Below, one piece after another: positions 10,581 through 20,257 of a stretch of 64,000 nucleotides of DNA. The number at the start of each line of letters is the position of its first letter. Within the stretch, counting starts at the first letter, position 1. The DNA is from an uncultured virus (IMG/VR IMGVR_UViG_3300020191_000954) (taxonomy: Duplodnaviria > Heunggongvirae > Uroviricota > Caudoviricetes): the IMG/VR virus record IMGVR_UViG_3300020191_000954; one strand, written 5' to 3'. The notes beneath the pieces were generated by a model. The model searched no databases. It was not told the DNA's origin and was given only the letters and a program-made list of their open reading frames with translations. The position numbers and the translations under genes are program-made.

Positions 10581-10971
10581 CAGTTTTGATTTGTTCCATA
10601 GTGGACATGTTGCTATGCTAAAAGAAGCAAGTGAGAATTGCAACTATTTGATTGTTGGATTACAAACAGATCCAACTATTGATAGACCAGAAAAGAATAA
10701 ACCTATACAAAGTGTGTTCGAACGATATGTTCAATTAAAAGGTTGTAAGTATATCGATGAAATTATTCCCTATGCTACAGAACAAGATTTAAAAGATATT
10801 TTGTTAACATATACATTGAATCGTAGATTTATTGGCGAAGAATATCGTGATAAAGAGTTTACAGGTAAGCAGATTTGTGTTGACAAAGGCATAGAATTGT
10901 ATTATAATAAAAGACAACACTCATTTAGTACATCTAATTTGAGAAAACGAATAAGCGAGGCACAAACATGA
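10558..10971 (+). CDS. Cytidylyltransferase (TagD/RfaE-like, HxGH family)
   Basis: FDLFHSGH, LIVGLQTD and STS motifs; start moved to the ATG after AAGGAG. Confidence 0.85.
   Translation: MTVGITFSSFDLFHSGHVAMLKEASENCNYLIVGLQTDPTIDRPEKNKPIQSVFERYVQLKGCKYIDEIIPYATEQDLKDILLTYTLNRRFIGEEYRDKEFTGKQICVDKGIELYYNKRQHSFSTSNLRKRISEAQT
10880..10908 (+). promoter_or_regulatory. Consensus sigma70 promoter within the upstream CDS, driving the clamp loader
   Basis: TTGACA-17 nt-TATAAT. Confidence 0.7.
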
Positions 10972-11882
10972 AAGAACTTTGGGTAGAAAAATATCGTCCT
11001 AAAACAGTAGACGGTTATGTGTTCAGAGATGAACATCAAAAGAAACAAATACAAACTTGGATTAAAGACAAAACTATTCCTCATTTGTTGTTTAGTGGTA
11101 ACGCAGGTATTGGAAAGACAACACTTGCTAAACTACTGTTTAACGAACTAGAATTAAATGATCTAGACATACTAGAAATTAACGCAAGTCGAACAAACTC
11201 TGTAGATGAAGTTAGAAATAAGATTGTAAACTTTGTACAGATGATTCCATTTGGTGACTTTAAGGTTGTGCTACTAGATGAGGCTGATTATTTGTCGCCT
11301 AACGCACAAGCCGCACTACGTGGTGTTATGGAGGAATATCATACTACAAGCAGATTTATTTTAACGTGTAACTATCCTAATAGAATTATTCCGGCATTGC
11401 ACAGTAGATGTCAAGGATTTCATATTGCAAAAGTAGATCAAACAGAGTTTACTGCTAGAGTTGCAGAGATTTTAATTGCAGAAGGTGTACAACCAGACTT
11501 AGACACACTTGATACATATGTAAAAGCAACATATCCAGATTTACGTAAATGCATTAATATGGTGCAAATGAATTCACAAGACGGTGTACTAATTAAACCC
11601 AACGAAGCTGATAAAACAGAAGCTGATTGGAAACTTGATATGGTACAATTATTTAAAGCAGGTAAAATTACAGAAGCACGTAAACTTGTTTGTGCAAGTG
11701 CTAGAGCTGAAGAGATGGAAGAGATTTATCGTTGGCTTTATGACAATATTGATTTATTCGGTGATGCTGATCAACAAGATAAAGCTATTATGATTATTAA
11801 ACAAGGTCTAGTAGATCACACATTAGTAGTTGATCCGGAAATTAATTTAGCCGCAACATTAATTAAACTTGGTAAAGTATGA
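10968..11882 (+). CDS. Clamp loader AAA+ subunit (RFC small/T4 gp44-like)
   Basis: LWVEKYRPK, Walker A GNAGIGKT, Walker B LLDEAD, SRC motif. Confidence 0.9.
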   Translation: MKELWVEKYRPKTVDGYVFRDEHQKKQIQTWIKDKTIPHLLFSGNAGIGKTTLAKLLFNELELNDLDILEINASRTNSVDEVRNKIVNFVQMIPFGDFKVVLLDEADYLSPNAQAALRGVMEEYHTTSRFILTCNYPNRIIPALHSRCQGFHIAKVDQTEFTARVAEILIAEGVQPDLDTLDTYVKATYPDLRKCINMVQMNSQDGVLIKPNEADKTEADWKLDMVQLFKAGKITEARKLVCASARAEEMEEIYRWLYDNIDLFGDADQQDKAIMIIKQGLVDHTLVVDPEINLAATLIKLGKV

Positions 11883-12124
11883 AAATACGCTACTACCACA
11901 AAATTGACGGCTGGCGATGGCTAGGATTTATACTAGCAATGGTTAGTGCATTTATATTAAGTGGTGGTGATCCAAAAATACAATGGATAGGTTGGGGTGT
12001 TGCTCTTGCAAGTTGTAGTATCTGGATTTGGATGGGAATTAAAGATAAAGATATACCTAGAGCATTAATGGAATTGATGTATTTGCTATTAGCAATTAGA
12101 GGTGTATGGAACTGGATGGGGTAA
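11879..12124 (+). CDS. Small membrane protein
   Basis: Three hydrophobic segments. Confidence 0.6.
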   Translation: MKIRYYHKIDGWRWLGFILAMVSAFILSGGDPKIQWIGWGVALASCSIWIWMGIKDKDIPRALMELMYLLLAIRGVWNWMG

Positions 12125-12127
12125 ATT

Positions 12128-12448
12128 ATGAGTTATTTGGTTAATAATAATTGTGTTAATTGTAAGCATATGACATGCGTTGAAGTATGTCCTGTGGATT
12201 GTTTTTATGAAGGTGAAAATATGCTTGTTATTAACCCAGATGAATGTATTGACTGTGGAGTATGTGAACCTGAATGTCCTGTTGATGCTATTATTACAGA
12301 GGATCAGGATGACGGTACTTGGTTTAAGATCAATAGTAAATATAGTTATGAATGGCCCAATATTACACAGGTCAGAGAAGAAGATGTATTAGCAGATAAA
12401 ATTCCTGTAATTGATGTAATGTCAACTAAACCAGGTAAAGGAGATTAA
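12128..12448 (+). CDS. fdxA: FdxA-type ferredoxin
   Basis: [18 protein letters not shown] and [12 protein letters not shown]e-S motifs. Confidence 0.9.
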   Translation: MSYLVNNNCVNCKHMTCVEVCPVDCFYEGENMLVINPDECIDCGVCEPECPVDAIITEDQDDGTWFKINSKYSYEWPNITQVREEDVLADKIPVIDVMSTKPGKGD

Positions 12449-12784
12449 ATGGCACTAAACACGAAAAAGATGAGAGCAAGTCATATACTGCTATCATTTA
12501 AAGGAGCAAAGAATTCTACACACAGTCGAGGCGTTGGTGAAGCAATGGCCGAAGGTGAAAGAATTACAGCAGAACTAAAAAAAGGTGGCGTTTCTTTTGA
12601 TCAAATGGCAAAAGAAAACTCTGCATGTCCTAGTAAGAATAACGGAGGCGACCTAGGTTGGTTTGAACCAACTGACATGGTTGTAGAATTTTCGACTGCG
12701 TGTGCGGCTATTCCAATTGGAGAATTAGGGCCACACCCATTCGTAACAGAATTTGGCGTACATGTGATTTGGAGGACTGGGTGA
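12449..12784 (+). CDS. Parvulin-type peptidyl-prolyl isomerase
   Basis: RASHILL, SACPSKNNGGDLGWF and TEFGVHVI motifs. Confidence 0.9.
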   Translation: MALNTKKMRASHILLSFKGAKNSTHSRGVGEAMAEGERITAELKKGGVSFDQMAKENSACPSKNNGGDLGWFEPTDMVVEFSTACAAIPIGELGPHPFVTEFGVHVIWRTG

Positions 12785-12969
12785 AAAAAGACTTTCCCGG
12801 TAACCTAATAGCAGTTACTATATTAGAACGTGAAATTGAATATGCAAAATCTTGTTTACGTGAACATGATACAGGACATATACACACAGCCATTAATTGG
12901 TTAGAACATCGAACAAAGGAATTAAAAAATGAAGGTCAGACTAGTAAGTTACTCAAAAGCAACGGATGA
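12781..12969 (+). CDS. Small hypothetical protein
   Basis: GTG start after GGAGG, overlapping the previous stop (GTGA). Confidence 0.55.
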   Translation: MKKDFPGNLIAVTILEREIEYAKSCLREHDTGHIHTAINWLEHRTKELKNEGQTSKLLKSNG

Positions 12970-13609
12970 ATTTTCAACTGAAGGTGTTGATGATTTACAG
13001 GAACTTATTGCTTTTTGTGCCAAGGTAAGTAACCCTGCGGCACAAATTAACAACGAAACAAGTGAACGTTTAATTAAGTATTTGATTAAACATCAACATT
13101 GGTCTCCTTTAGAAATGGTTAGTGCTTGTTTAGAAATTAATACTACACGTGATATTGCACATCAAATTGTGCGTCATCGTAGTTTTAGTTTCCAAGAGTT
13201 TAGTCAGCGTTATGCAGATCCTGCAGAGTTTGGCAATCAATTTGTATTACGTGAAGCACGACTACAGGACACAAAGAACAGACAAAATAGTATTGCACTA
13301 GGTAATACACAACAAGATATGAATCTACTCAATGATTGGGAAACGCAACAACAAAAAGTAATTGATGCGTCTAAAGAAGCATACGAGTGGGCAATTGATA
13401 ACGGTATTGCAAAAGAACAAGCTCGTGCAGTATTGCCCGAAGGTTGTACTAAAACACGACTGTACATGAATGGTACTTTGCGTAGTTGGTTACATTACAT
13501 TGATCTACGTGGTGCTAATGGTACACAAAAAGAACATATGGATATTGCTCATGCATGTGCAAAGGTAATTGCAGAAATATTTCCTTTGATGGAAACAATT
13601 AATGAATAA
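12929..13609 (+). CDS. thyX: Flavin-dependent thymidylate synthase
   Basis: HWSPLE, RHRSFSFQEFSQRY and EQARAVLP motifs. Confidence 0.95.
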   Translation: MKVRLVSYSKATDEFSTEGVDDLQELIAFCAKVSNPAAQINNETSERLIKYLIKHQHWSPLEMVSACLEINTTRDIAHQIVRHRSFSFQEFSQRYADPAEFGNQFVLREARLQDTKNRQNSIALGNTQQDMNLLNDWETQQQKVIDASKEAYEWAIDNGIAKEQARAVLPEGCTKTRLYMNGTLRSWLHYIDLRGANGTQKEHMDIAHACAKVIAEIFPLMETINE

Positions 13610-14354
13610 TCCAGAACCAGTAATATTTTTTGAAACTGAAAGGTGGGCTGTACGCAAACATGCTCCTATTAGACCAGCTGGTGAATTTAAACCTACAGCC
13701 TGGAAAAAGATGCCAGCGTATATTAATAAACAAAAGCATAAAATTGACAGTGAACAAACTGTAAAAGGATGCCCAGGCATTAAAGATTTTATGGAGACTG
13801 GATTTGTTATTCCTGCTTGGTGCGATATGGAAATTTTACCAAGTGATGATGGAAATTACGTAGAAACACGCTATAGTGATCCAGCTTATAATTCTGCATA
13901 TCATCCTGCAGATCAAGTAGAGAATGAAACACAACTACTAACTAAGTTTGGTGTAAGAGCCGCGGTTAAATTAGATTGTCCTTGGAGAATATGGAGCAAG
14001 TCTAATTGGAGTGTTTTATATCAACCTATGTTTTATCATGAAGATCGAAACTATGAAGCAATTCCTGGTATTATTGACCATGACTTAGGTGCGTTAGTTA
14101 GTCCGCTTAATATTATGCTAAAAGAAATTAAGCCTACAACAATTAAAATGGGTGAACCTTTGTGCCAACTGATTCCTATTAAGAGAGAAACAGTTGTTGC
14201 TCGTACAGGAAATCTAAGTGAGACCGCAGTTGATAGACACAATGCTATCATTGGACTGCAAAGAATGATCTTTAACAGTTGGTCTAAGTGGCAACACGCT
14301 AAGAAGACCTACATCGTTGATCAAAACGACATAGATCTTCCAGGTGATGATTAA
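13602..14354 (+). CDS. Hypothetical protein (beta-rich; probable paralogue of 44537-45250)
   Basis: CP...GFVIP and IKMGEPLCQLIP features shared with the 44537 ORF. Confidence 0.6.
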   Translation: MNNPEPVIFFETERWAVRKHAPIRPAGEFKPTAWKKMPAYINKQKHKIDSEQTVKGCPGIKDFMETGFVIPAWCDMEILPSDDGNYVETRYSDPAYNSAYHPADQVENETQLLTKFGVRAAVKLDCPWRIWSKSNWSVLYQPMFYHEDRNYEAIPGIIDHDLGALVSPLNIMLKEIKPTTIKMGEPLCQLIPIKRETVVARTGNLSETAVDRHNAIIGLQRMIFNSWSKWQHAKKTYIVDQNDIDLPGDD

Positions 14355-15074
14355 TTACTCGTCGCCATAAACAGCTAATACTTCTTTAACTGCATCATGC
14401 CTTTCTATATCATGAGTTTGGAATCTGACTATGTCAATGTGCGTTGTTTCTCTGTGTTTTTCTAACGATTTAATAAAATCAATCAAACCATTATTACTCA
14501 ACTTATCAGCTTGAGCTAAATCGCCTGTTACTACCATCTGTGATTTCTCACCAATACGTGTTAGTAACATTTTCATTTGATTTGGTGTTGCATTTTGCAT
14601 CTCATCTGCAACAATTATTGATTTCTTAAATGTTCGACCTCTCATATAAGCTAACGGTGAAATTTCAATAACACCATCGTACATCATACCTTCAAGTTCT
14701 TTAGCACTAAAGTACTCTTTAAAAACATCAAAGATAGGTCTTGTCCATGGAGCCATTTTTTCTTCCATTGTTCCTGGTAAAAAACCAAGATCTTCGTCAG
14801 CTGAAACAGCAGGTCTTGTTACAACAATCTTATCAATTGCGCCTTCTTTGAATAACTTAATAGCCACCTGGACCGCAAGTAGGGTCTTACCGGTTCCCGC
14901 AGGACCAACACCGAAGACTATGTCTTTCTTCGGGTCCAACAGTTTTAGCATATATGTTTCTTGGTTTTTGTTTCTAGGAAGTATATTGATTTGTTTTTGT
15001 TGTGGTTTTGAAAAGCTAATAACATTGTTATCAGCGGGGGTTTTATGAGCTCTTGCTCGTCTTTTAGCACCCAT
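14355..15074 (-). CDS. phoH: PhoH-like ATPase
   Basis: GPAGTGKT, LGFLPG, YMRGRTF, DEMQN and TGDLAQ motifs. Confidence 0.95.
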   Translation of the reverse strand: MGAKRRARAHKTPADNNVISFSKPQQKQINILPRNKNQETYMLKLLDPKKDIVFGVGPAGTGKTLLAVQVAIKLFKEGAIDKIVVTRPAVSADEDLGFLPGTMEEKMAPWTRPIFDVFKEYFSAKELEGMMYDGVIEISPLAYMRGRTFKKSIIVADEMQNATPNQMKMLLTRIGEKSQMVVTGDLAQADKLSNNGLIDFIKSLEKHRETTHIDIVRFQTHDIERHDAVKEVLAVYGDE

Positions 15075-15196
15075 TAAGTTCCTCCTTCATGAGTTAGTAT
15101 AAAGACAGTCACTGTAGATTCACAGTATTACTGCCCTACACTAATATTTACCATTTGGGTCACAAGACAAAACTGCACACTTATAGATCGTATCCG

Positions 15197-15204
15197 GATA
15201 AATA
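15197..15204 (+). promoter_or_regulatory. Late promoter motif GATAAATA; a divergent GGTAAATA at 15145-15152 on the minus strand precedes phoH
   Basis: Motif on each strand of the divergent intergenic region. Confidence 0.6.
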
Positions 15205-15230
15205 AGTGTATAAGAATAGGTGAAAACGAC

Positions 15231-15752
15231 ATGCGTGATGTATTAGATATTATTACAAACATTGAAAGTATATACGAAAGTGATACTGCTTTAAGTGTTT
15301 TAAAAGACTTTGAACGTGTATTAGACGAATTAGATCTATACGTGTATGCTAACTGGGAAGATGGTGAGTTAGTTGAAGGACCTAAAATTGAAAGACATTG
15401 GGTAGCGGCTTCATTTATGTGGCCTAAAGATAAGATGCCTGATCCAGCAGGTGGAAAACGTCTATTAGATTACGACTGTTATGTATCATACGAAAAAACA
15501 GCTATTCTTAAACCACGCAAAATTAAAGAACCAAGCGATATTAGACCTGGTACTAAGAAAGGCAAACTAGATAGAGAACCTGTTTGGGTAGTAACTATTA
15601 AAATGCCTAAAGAACTTATTTTAAACATCTATAGTGGATACAAAGAACAATTGGATTATGTTAAAGAACCAGCAGTAGCTTCAACTCAACCAGCAGTTGA
15701 CGACATTGCACAAGAAGGCGAAACTGCCGCAGTCGAAGGTGGAGCAGTATAA
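15231..15752 (+). CDS. Hypothetical phage protein
   Basis: Long ORF after a late motif. Confidence 0.7.
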   Translation: MRDVLDIITNIESIYESDTALSVLKDFERVLDELDLYVYANWEDGELVEGPKIERHWVAASFMWPKDKMPDPAGGKRLLDYDCYVSYEKTAILKPRKIKEPSDIRPGTKKGKLDREPVWVVTIKMPKELILNIYSGYKEQLDYVKEPAVASTQPAVDDIAQEGETAAVEGGAV

Positions 15753-16462
15753 TGGGATTGATTGCCGGAGATCTTAACGATTTAGTTTTACCTATTTTTG
15801 AAATTGATAGTTTTAAAAGTAAAATGGGTGATGATAAGGATATTGTAGTATGCAGTTTTAGTTGCATGTCTGAAGGACCAGCAAAAGATTTAATGAACTT
15901 TTTTGAGAAAGGTTATCCTTACATACTAGATGCTGATGTTACTTCAGGAGAACAGACTGATGGAACATATAAAGTATTTGTAGAAATTGAACGTCATAAA
16001 GATGTTCCAAAACAAATCATAGAAATGTTAGACGGTGTTGGTAAATTAGCTAACATAGATAAGTTTAAATTCCGCTATTACAAAAGTTTTAAAAGCCAAG
16101 AAGCACAAATGGAAAACATTTTAGCAACAGTTCCATTAGATAAAGGTGCATACGAAATAAGAGTAAACGAAAACAATATGGACAACTACAAGAACTTTTT
16201 TAGTAAAAGCTATCTTGACAGTATTGATCTTGTTGAAAATAAAATTAAATTCTCAAAAATATATGCTGAACCATTACAGTACAATGTTGTAGATTTTGGA
16301 GAGCATAAAGACATCCACGAAAGAATTACTGAATCATATGATGCCAATTCTTTTGCCGAGATTATTTACTTAACTAAATATATTGGAGACTACAATATAT
16401 CAAAGTATGGTCAAAATTATTTGGTTGAGAACAATGGGTATGTAGTAGTCCTAACAAAATAG
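15752..16462 (+). CDS. Hypothetical phage protein
   Basis: TAATG-coupled ORF. Confidence 0.7.
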   Translation: MGLIAGDLNDLVLPIFEIDSFKSKMGDDKDIVVCSFSCMSEGPAKDLMNFFEKGYPYILDADVTSGEQTDGTYKVFVEIERHKDVPKQIIEMLDGVGKLANIDKFKFRYYKSFKSQEAQMENILATVPLDKGAYEIRVNENNMDNYKNFFSKSYLDSIDLVENKIKFSKIYAEPLQYNVVDFGEHKDIHERITESYDANSFAEIIYLTKYIGDYNISKYGQNYLVENNGYVVVLTK

Positions 16463-16473
16463 GATAAATTACA

Positions 16474-16983
16474 ATGCAAGAAAACTATCAAAAATGTTTA
16501 GAAACTATTCTACACCACGAGGGCGGATATGTAAATCACCCTAAAGATCCAGGTGGCGAAACTAACTTGGGTGTTACAAAACGTGTGTATGAAGAATGGG
16601 GCGGAACAAAAGACATGAAAGACTTAACAGTCGCAGATGTTGCTCCAATTTACAAAAAGAATTATTGGGATCGTGTTAAAGGCGATGAACTACCAAGTGG
16701 ATTAGACTTATGTGTATTTGACTTTGGTGTTAATGCCGGTACAGGACGTTCAGCAAAATACTTACAAACTATGATTGGTACAGTAGCTGATGGCGGAATT
16801 GGTCCTAACACGCTAAAGAAATTAGCTGAATATGTTGACACACATGGACTTAAAGAAACTATTAAAGAGTTCCAAGAAGACCGTCAAGGATACTACGAAA
16901 GATTAAAGACCTTTGAAACATTTGGTCGAGGTTGGACACGTAGAGTAGACGAAACAACGGAACTTGCTTTGTCAATGGCATGA
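16474..16983 (+). CDS. Endolysin, glycoside hydrolase family 108, with C-terminal peptidoglycan-binding region
   Basis: HEGGYVNHPKDPGGETNLGVT, DGGIGPNT and FGRGWTRR motifs. Confidence 0.9.
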   Translation: MQENYQKCLETILHHEGGYVNHPKDPGGETNLGVTKRVYEEWGGTKDMKDLTVADVAPIYKKNYWDRVKGDELPSGLDLCVFDFGVNAGTGRSAKYLQTMIGTVADGGIGPNTLKKLAEYVDTHGLKETIKEFQEDRQGYYERLKTFETFGRGWTRRVDETTELALSMA

Positions 16984-17120
16984 GTGACGTTTGCCAAAAT
17001 TGCGGTAGACAACACGAAGGTAAACTAATTGAAACGTTTACAGACGGCGACAACAAGCCAATTGAAATTGTCGTCTGTGAACAACATAGATATGAGGTAA
17101 AAGATGTTTGCATCGATTAA
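16980..17120 (+). CDS. 46-aa Cys/His-containing protein, not in the ORF track
   Basis: MSDVCQNCGRQHEGK...VVCEQHRYEVKDVCID; ATGA-coupled to the endolysin. Confidence 0.55.
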   Translation: MSDVCQNCGRQHEGKLIETFTDGDNKPIEIVVCEQHRYEVKDVCID

Positions 17121-17589
17121 AATAGCAATGATAGTTGTAGCGTTGGCAGGTGCCGGCGGTGGCTATGTATATGTTAAGAATATAAAAGCAGACTTGGCTA
17201 CATCAGAAGCAAATAATTTAAAGTTAGAACAAAGTGTTGCTGATCAAAAAGAAGTAATTGCACAAGCAAAAGCTGACTTTGAATCGCAAAAAGCTATATC
17301 AGCCAAACTAACTGAACAAAATAAAACACTAGCCGCTGAATTCCAAGCACTAGACGAACGCTTTAATAAAATTAACGCTCAAGGTGAAGTACGTGACATT
17401 GGCAAACTTGCAGATGAACGTCCTAAATCAGTTGAACGTGTTATTAACGGTGCGACTACAAAAGCAATGAGATGTGTAGAAATTGCTATGGGGTCACCAT
17501 TAACGGAGAAAGAGAAAAATGCTACTAAGAAATCTGAGATCAACTCTGAGTGTCCTAGTATTGCTAATCCCAATTACGTTCCTTATTAG
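17104..17589 (+). CDS. Inner-membrane spanin (i-spanin, Rz-like)
   Basis: N-terminal TM helix, long coiled coil, C-terminal Cys residues; follows the endolysin. Confidence 0.7.
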   Translation: MFASIKIAMIVVALAGAGGGYVYVKNIKADLATSEANNLKLEQSVADQKEVIAQAKADFESQKAISAKLTEQNKTLAAEFQALDERFNKINAQGEVRDIGKLADERPKSVERVINGATTKAMRCVEIAMGSPLTEKEKNATKKSEINSECPSIANPNYVPY

Positions 17590-17908
17590 TGGATGTAGTT
17601 CTGTTAAGCAACTAGAAGTCTTTAAGACAGAAGTTCCAAGAGAACCTCTTGCGTTGCCACAACCGTTAACTCCAAAACTAGAAGAAATCAAATGGACTAT
17701 CATTACTAGTGACAATGCCGATGAAGTATTTGCTAAACTTAAAGCAGGCGGTGTTGACCCTGTATTATTTGGATTAACAGATGACGGTTATGAAGCTCTA
17801 AGTAAAAACTTCGCACAAATACGTGCATATATGCTTCAACAAGACGAAATTATTAAATCTTACAAAGAATATTACGAGTCTACAGACAAAAGCAAAACTA
17901 AAAAGTAA
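17519..17908 (+). CDS. Outer-membrane lipoprotein spanin (o-spanin, Rz1-like)
   Basis: Signal peptide with lipobox ISG-C, Pro-rich region, overlaps the i-spanin 3' end. Confidence 0.7.
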   Translation: MLLRNLRSTLSVLVLLIPITFLISGCSSVKQLEVFKTEVPREPLALPQPLTPKLEEIKWTIITSDNADEVFAKLKAGGVDPVLFGLTDDGYEALSKNFAQIRAYMLQQDEIIKSYKEYYESTDKSKTKK

Positions 17909-18069
17909 TGCGTATTTGGGCAATGTTGACTCTGATTGTCCTATTATCCTCTTGTGCTAAAAGTACATGTTCTGTACGTCCTGGTGCAGACATTGATATT
18001 ACCAAAGATTCTAAAAATAATAAAAATATTGAGGTACAACCCAAAGGCGAAATTGCTTGTGCCTTCTGA
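17908..18069 (+). CDS. 53-aa lipoprotein, not in the ORF track
   Basis: MRIWAMLTLIVLLSS-C lipobox; TAATG-coupled to the o-spanin. Confidence 0.6.
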   Translation: MRIWAMLTLIVLLSSCAKSTCSVRPGADIDITKDSKNNKNIEVQPKGEIACAF

Positions 18070-18100
18070 TAAATACTAACATAATACACAGGATTACAAT

Positions 18101-18388
18101 ATGATCGAAATGATAGAACGCATGGCTAGTGATAGACTATGGATATATACCGCGATTGCCGGCAGTATATTTGGAGCATTATTCATTGCATATATGAGAG
18201 ATACACGTATTGCACTATGGGTATTTGGTAAATGGGACACACTTTTAGACAGCATTAGAGATAGATATGGTTGGACATGGTTTAATCAAGACCCTGATGC
18301 ATGGAAGAAAGTAAATCCAAATATAGCTCGTAAGATTGACGAGTTAGAAACACGTATTAAACATTTAGAATCTAAAAGGAGAAAGTAA
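18101..18388 (+). CDS. Small membrane protein with C-terminal coiled coil
   Basis: One TM segment; late motif GATAAATA at 18068-18075. Confidence 0.65.
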   Translation: MIEMIERMASDRLWIYTAIAGSIFGALFIAYMRDTRIALWVFGKWDTLLDSIRDRYGWTWFNQDPDAWKKVNPNIARKIDELETRIKHLESKRRK

Positions 18389-20181
18389 TGTCAGCACAAG
18401 ACGATAAAAACAAAGCCGAAGCCCAAAAGCGTGATGCTCAAAATCAAATAAATCAAAAAAATTCAGAAAAAGCTAAAGCAGAAAATCAAAAGAAATCTGC
18501 ACAACAAGAAGCAGATACAGCAAAAGCTAATAAAGCAAACGCACAAAGCGAACAAAAGACTGCACAACAGCAACAAGAGGCGGCTGAAGCGGCACATGAT
18601 CAAGCAATTAAAGATCATGATGATGCTATTGCAAAACAAAAACAAGCAGATGACGATTATGCGGCGGCACAGGCACAAGTTGCACAAGCTGAAGCAATGG
18701 TCCAAGATGTTTCAAGACCTCAGTACACAATTCAAGTTGCCGCAGGTGTCGAAACATCAGTAGGTGAAACAGTAGGCGACGAACACGCAGGTGCTAGTTA
18801 CGAAGCTGATGCAAGTGCAAGTGCTGAAGCAGGAGCAAGTGCAGGTTACGAAGTAACTGATAGTTCATTTGCCGCAGGCGCTGAAGCTCATGCTAGTGCA
18901 GAAGCAAGTGCAAGTGCAGGTGCTGAAGCTCATGCTGAACAAGAAATTGTTCCAGGCGTAGACGCACATGCAGATGCAAGTGCAGACGTAGAAGCTAAAG
19001 CAAAAGCAGAAGCAGAAGCACACGCAAAAGCAAGTGGATCAGTTGACAAAGACGGTGTTGAAGCCGCGGCTACAGTTGGTGCAAGTGCAAGTGCAGATGT
19101 AACAGCAACAGGATCAGCAGATGCTAAGATTGGTATTGATACACCTGTAGGTGATATTAGTGTTGATGCAGGTGCAGAAGGTACAGCAGGTGCTCACGCT
19201 GAAGCATACGCAGAAGCAGGTGGACATGCAAGTATTGGTAAAGACGGAGTTGACGTAGGTGGCGGTGCTATTGCAGGTGCTAACGTTGGAGTTGATGCTG
19301 AAGGTTCTGCACACATAGGCGGAGCAACAGTATCCGGTGGTGCTGGTGCAAGTATTGGAGGCCAAATTGGTGCTCAAGGTTCTGCACACGCTACATATAC
19401 AGATGATACAATTAGTTTTGGTATTGACGGACAAGCGGCTTTGCTAGTTGGACTAGATGTTGATGTGAATGTTGACATTGATATTGGACCACTAGTAGAC
19501 GGTGCTAACGCTATTCTAAACGCAGGTGGAACAATGGACGAAGCATTGAACCATGTAACTGATGGAATTGATAAAGCACAAGCAGAAGCAATGAAAGTTG
19601 CAAACCAAGCACAAGTAGTTGCTAAACAAGGCGAAAAAGTTGCAAAACAAACTGTAGATGCATGTAACTCGGCAGTAAGTGCTACCGAAGATGCAATTAA
19701 CCAAACTGGTCAAGCAATGACTGATGCGGCTAATGCAGTTGCACATTGGGGTAACGAAGTAGGTAAGTGGACTACAAGTGTATTTAATGCTAATAACGCT
19801 GTTAAAGCGGCTAACAGCACTATTAATGCATGTAACAGCGCCATTAATGCATGTAACAATACTATTAATCAAGCAAACAATGCCATTAAGAGTGCTGAAA
19901 AAGCTATTACTGATGCGGCTAATGTAGTTGCTGACGGTGCTAAGAAGAGTTGGAAGAGTGTTAAGAAATTCTTTTCAGACTCACGCTTAAAAGAAAACGT
20001 TGAATTTGCAGGCAAAGTCAACGGTATTAACACTTACACATATAATTATGTGTGGGATAATGCAGTACAAACAGGTGTAATGGCACAAGAGCTATTAGAA
20101 ACTAAGTATGCAGACGCAGTTGATACACACCCATCAGGGTATTATACAGTTAACTACAGTAAGTTACCTGCTATAAACTAA
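18388..20181 (+). CDS. Ala/Gly-rich fibrous protein with C-terminal peptidase S74 intramolecular chaperone
   Basis: FFSDSRLKENV...GVMAQEL S74 signature; coiled coils flank an alternating Ala-x beta region. Confidence 0.75.
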   Translation: MSAQDDKNKAEAQKRDAQNQINQKNSEKAKAENQKKSAQQEADTAKANKANAQSEQKTAQQQQEAAEAAHDQAIKDHDDAIAKQKQADDDYAAAQAQVAQAEAMVQDVSRPQYTIQVAAGVETSVGETVGDEHAGASYEADASASAEAGASAGYEVTDSSFAAGAEAHASAEASASAGAEAHAEQEIVPGVDAHADASADVEAKAKAEAEAHAKASGSVDKDGVEAAATVGASASADVTATGSADAKIGIDTPVGDISVDAGAEGTAGAHAEAYAEAGGHASIGKDGVDVGGGAIAGANVGVDAEGSAHIGGATVSGGAGASIGGQIGAQGSAHATYTDDTISFGIDGQAALLVGLDVDVNVDIDIGPLVDGANAILNAGGTMDEALNHVTDGIDKAQAEAMKVANQAQVVAKQGEKVAKQTVDACNSAVSATEDAINQTGQAMTDAANAVAHWGNEVGKWTTSVFNANNAVKAANSTINACNSAINACNNTINQANNAIKSAEKAITDAANVVADGAKKSWKSVKKFFSDSRLKENVEFAGKVNGINTYTYNYVWDNAVQTGVMAQELLETKYADAVDTHPSGYYTVNYSKLPAIN

Positions 20182-20191
20182 GAAAAAACTA

Positions 20192-20230
20192 GAAAGGTTG
20201 TTTAATTTATTTTGGACAACCTTTCCTTTT
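20192..20230 (+). terminator. Rho-independent terminator
   Basis: GAAAGGTTGT...ACAACCTTTC stem followed by CTTTT. Confidence 0.75.
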
Positions 20231-20257
20231 GACTGATAAATACTAGTGGAGACGAAG

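Noticed and set aside
18780..19400. Recurrent GCAAGTGCA-type repeats resembling an array
   Set aside because: They are in-frame Ala-Ser codon repeats without a constant repeat-spacer period, so not CRISPR
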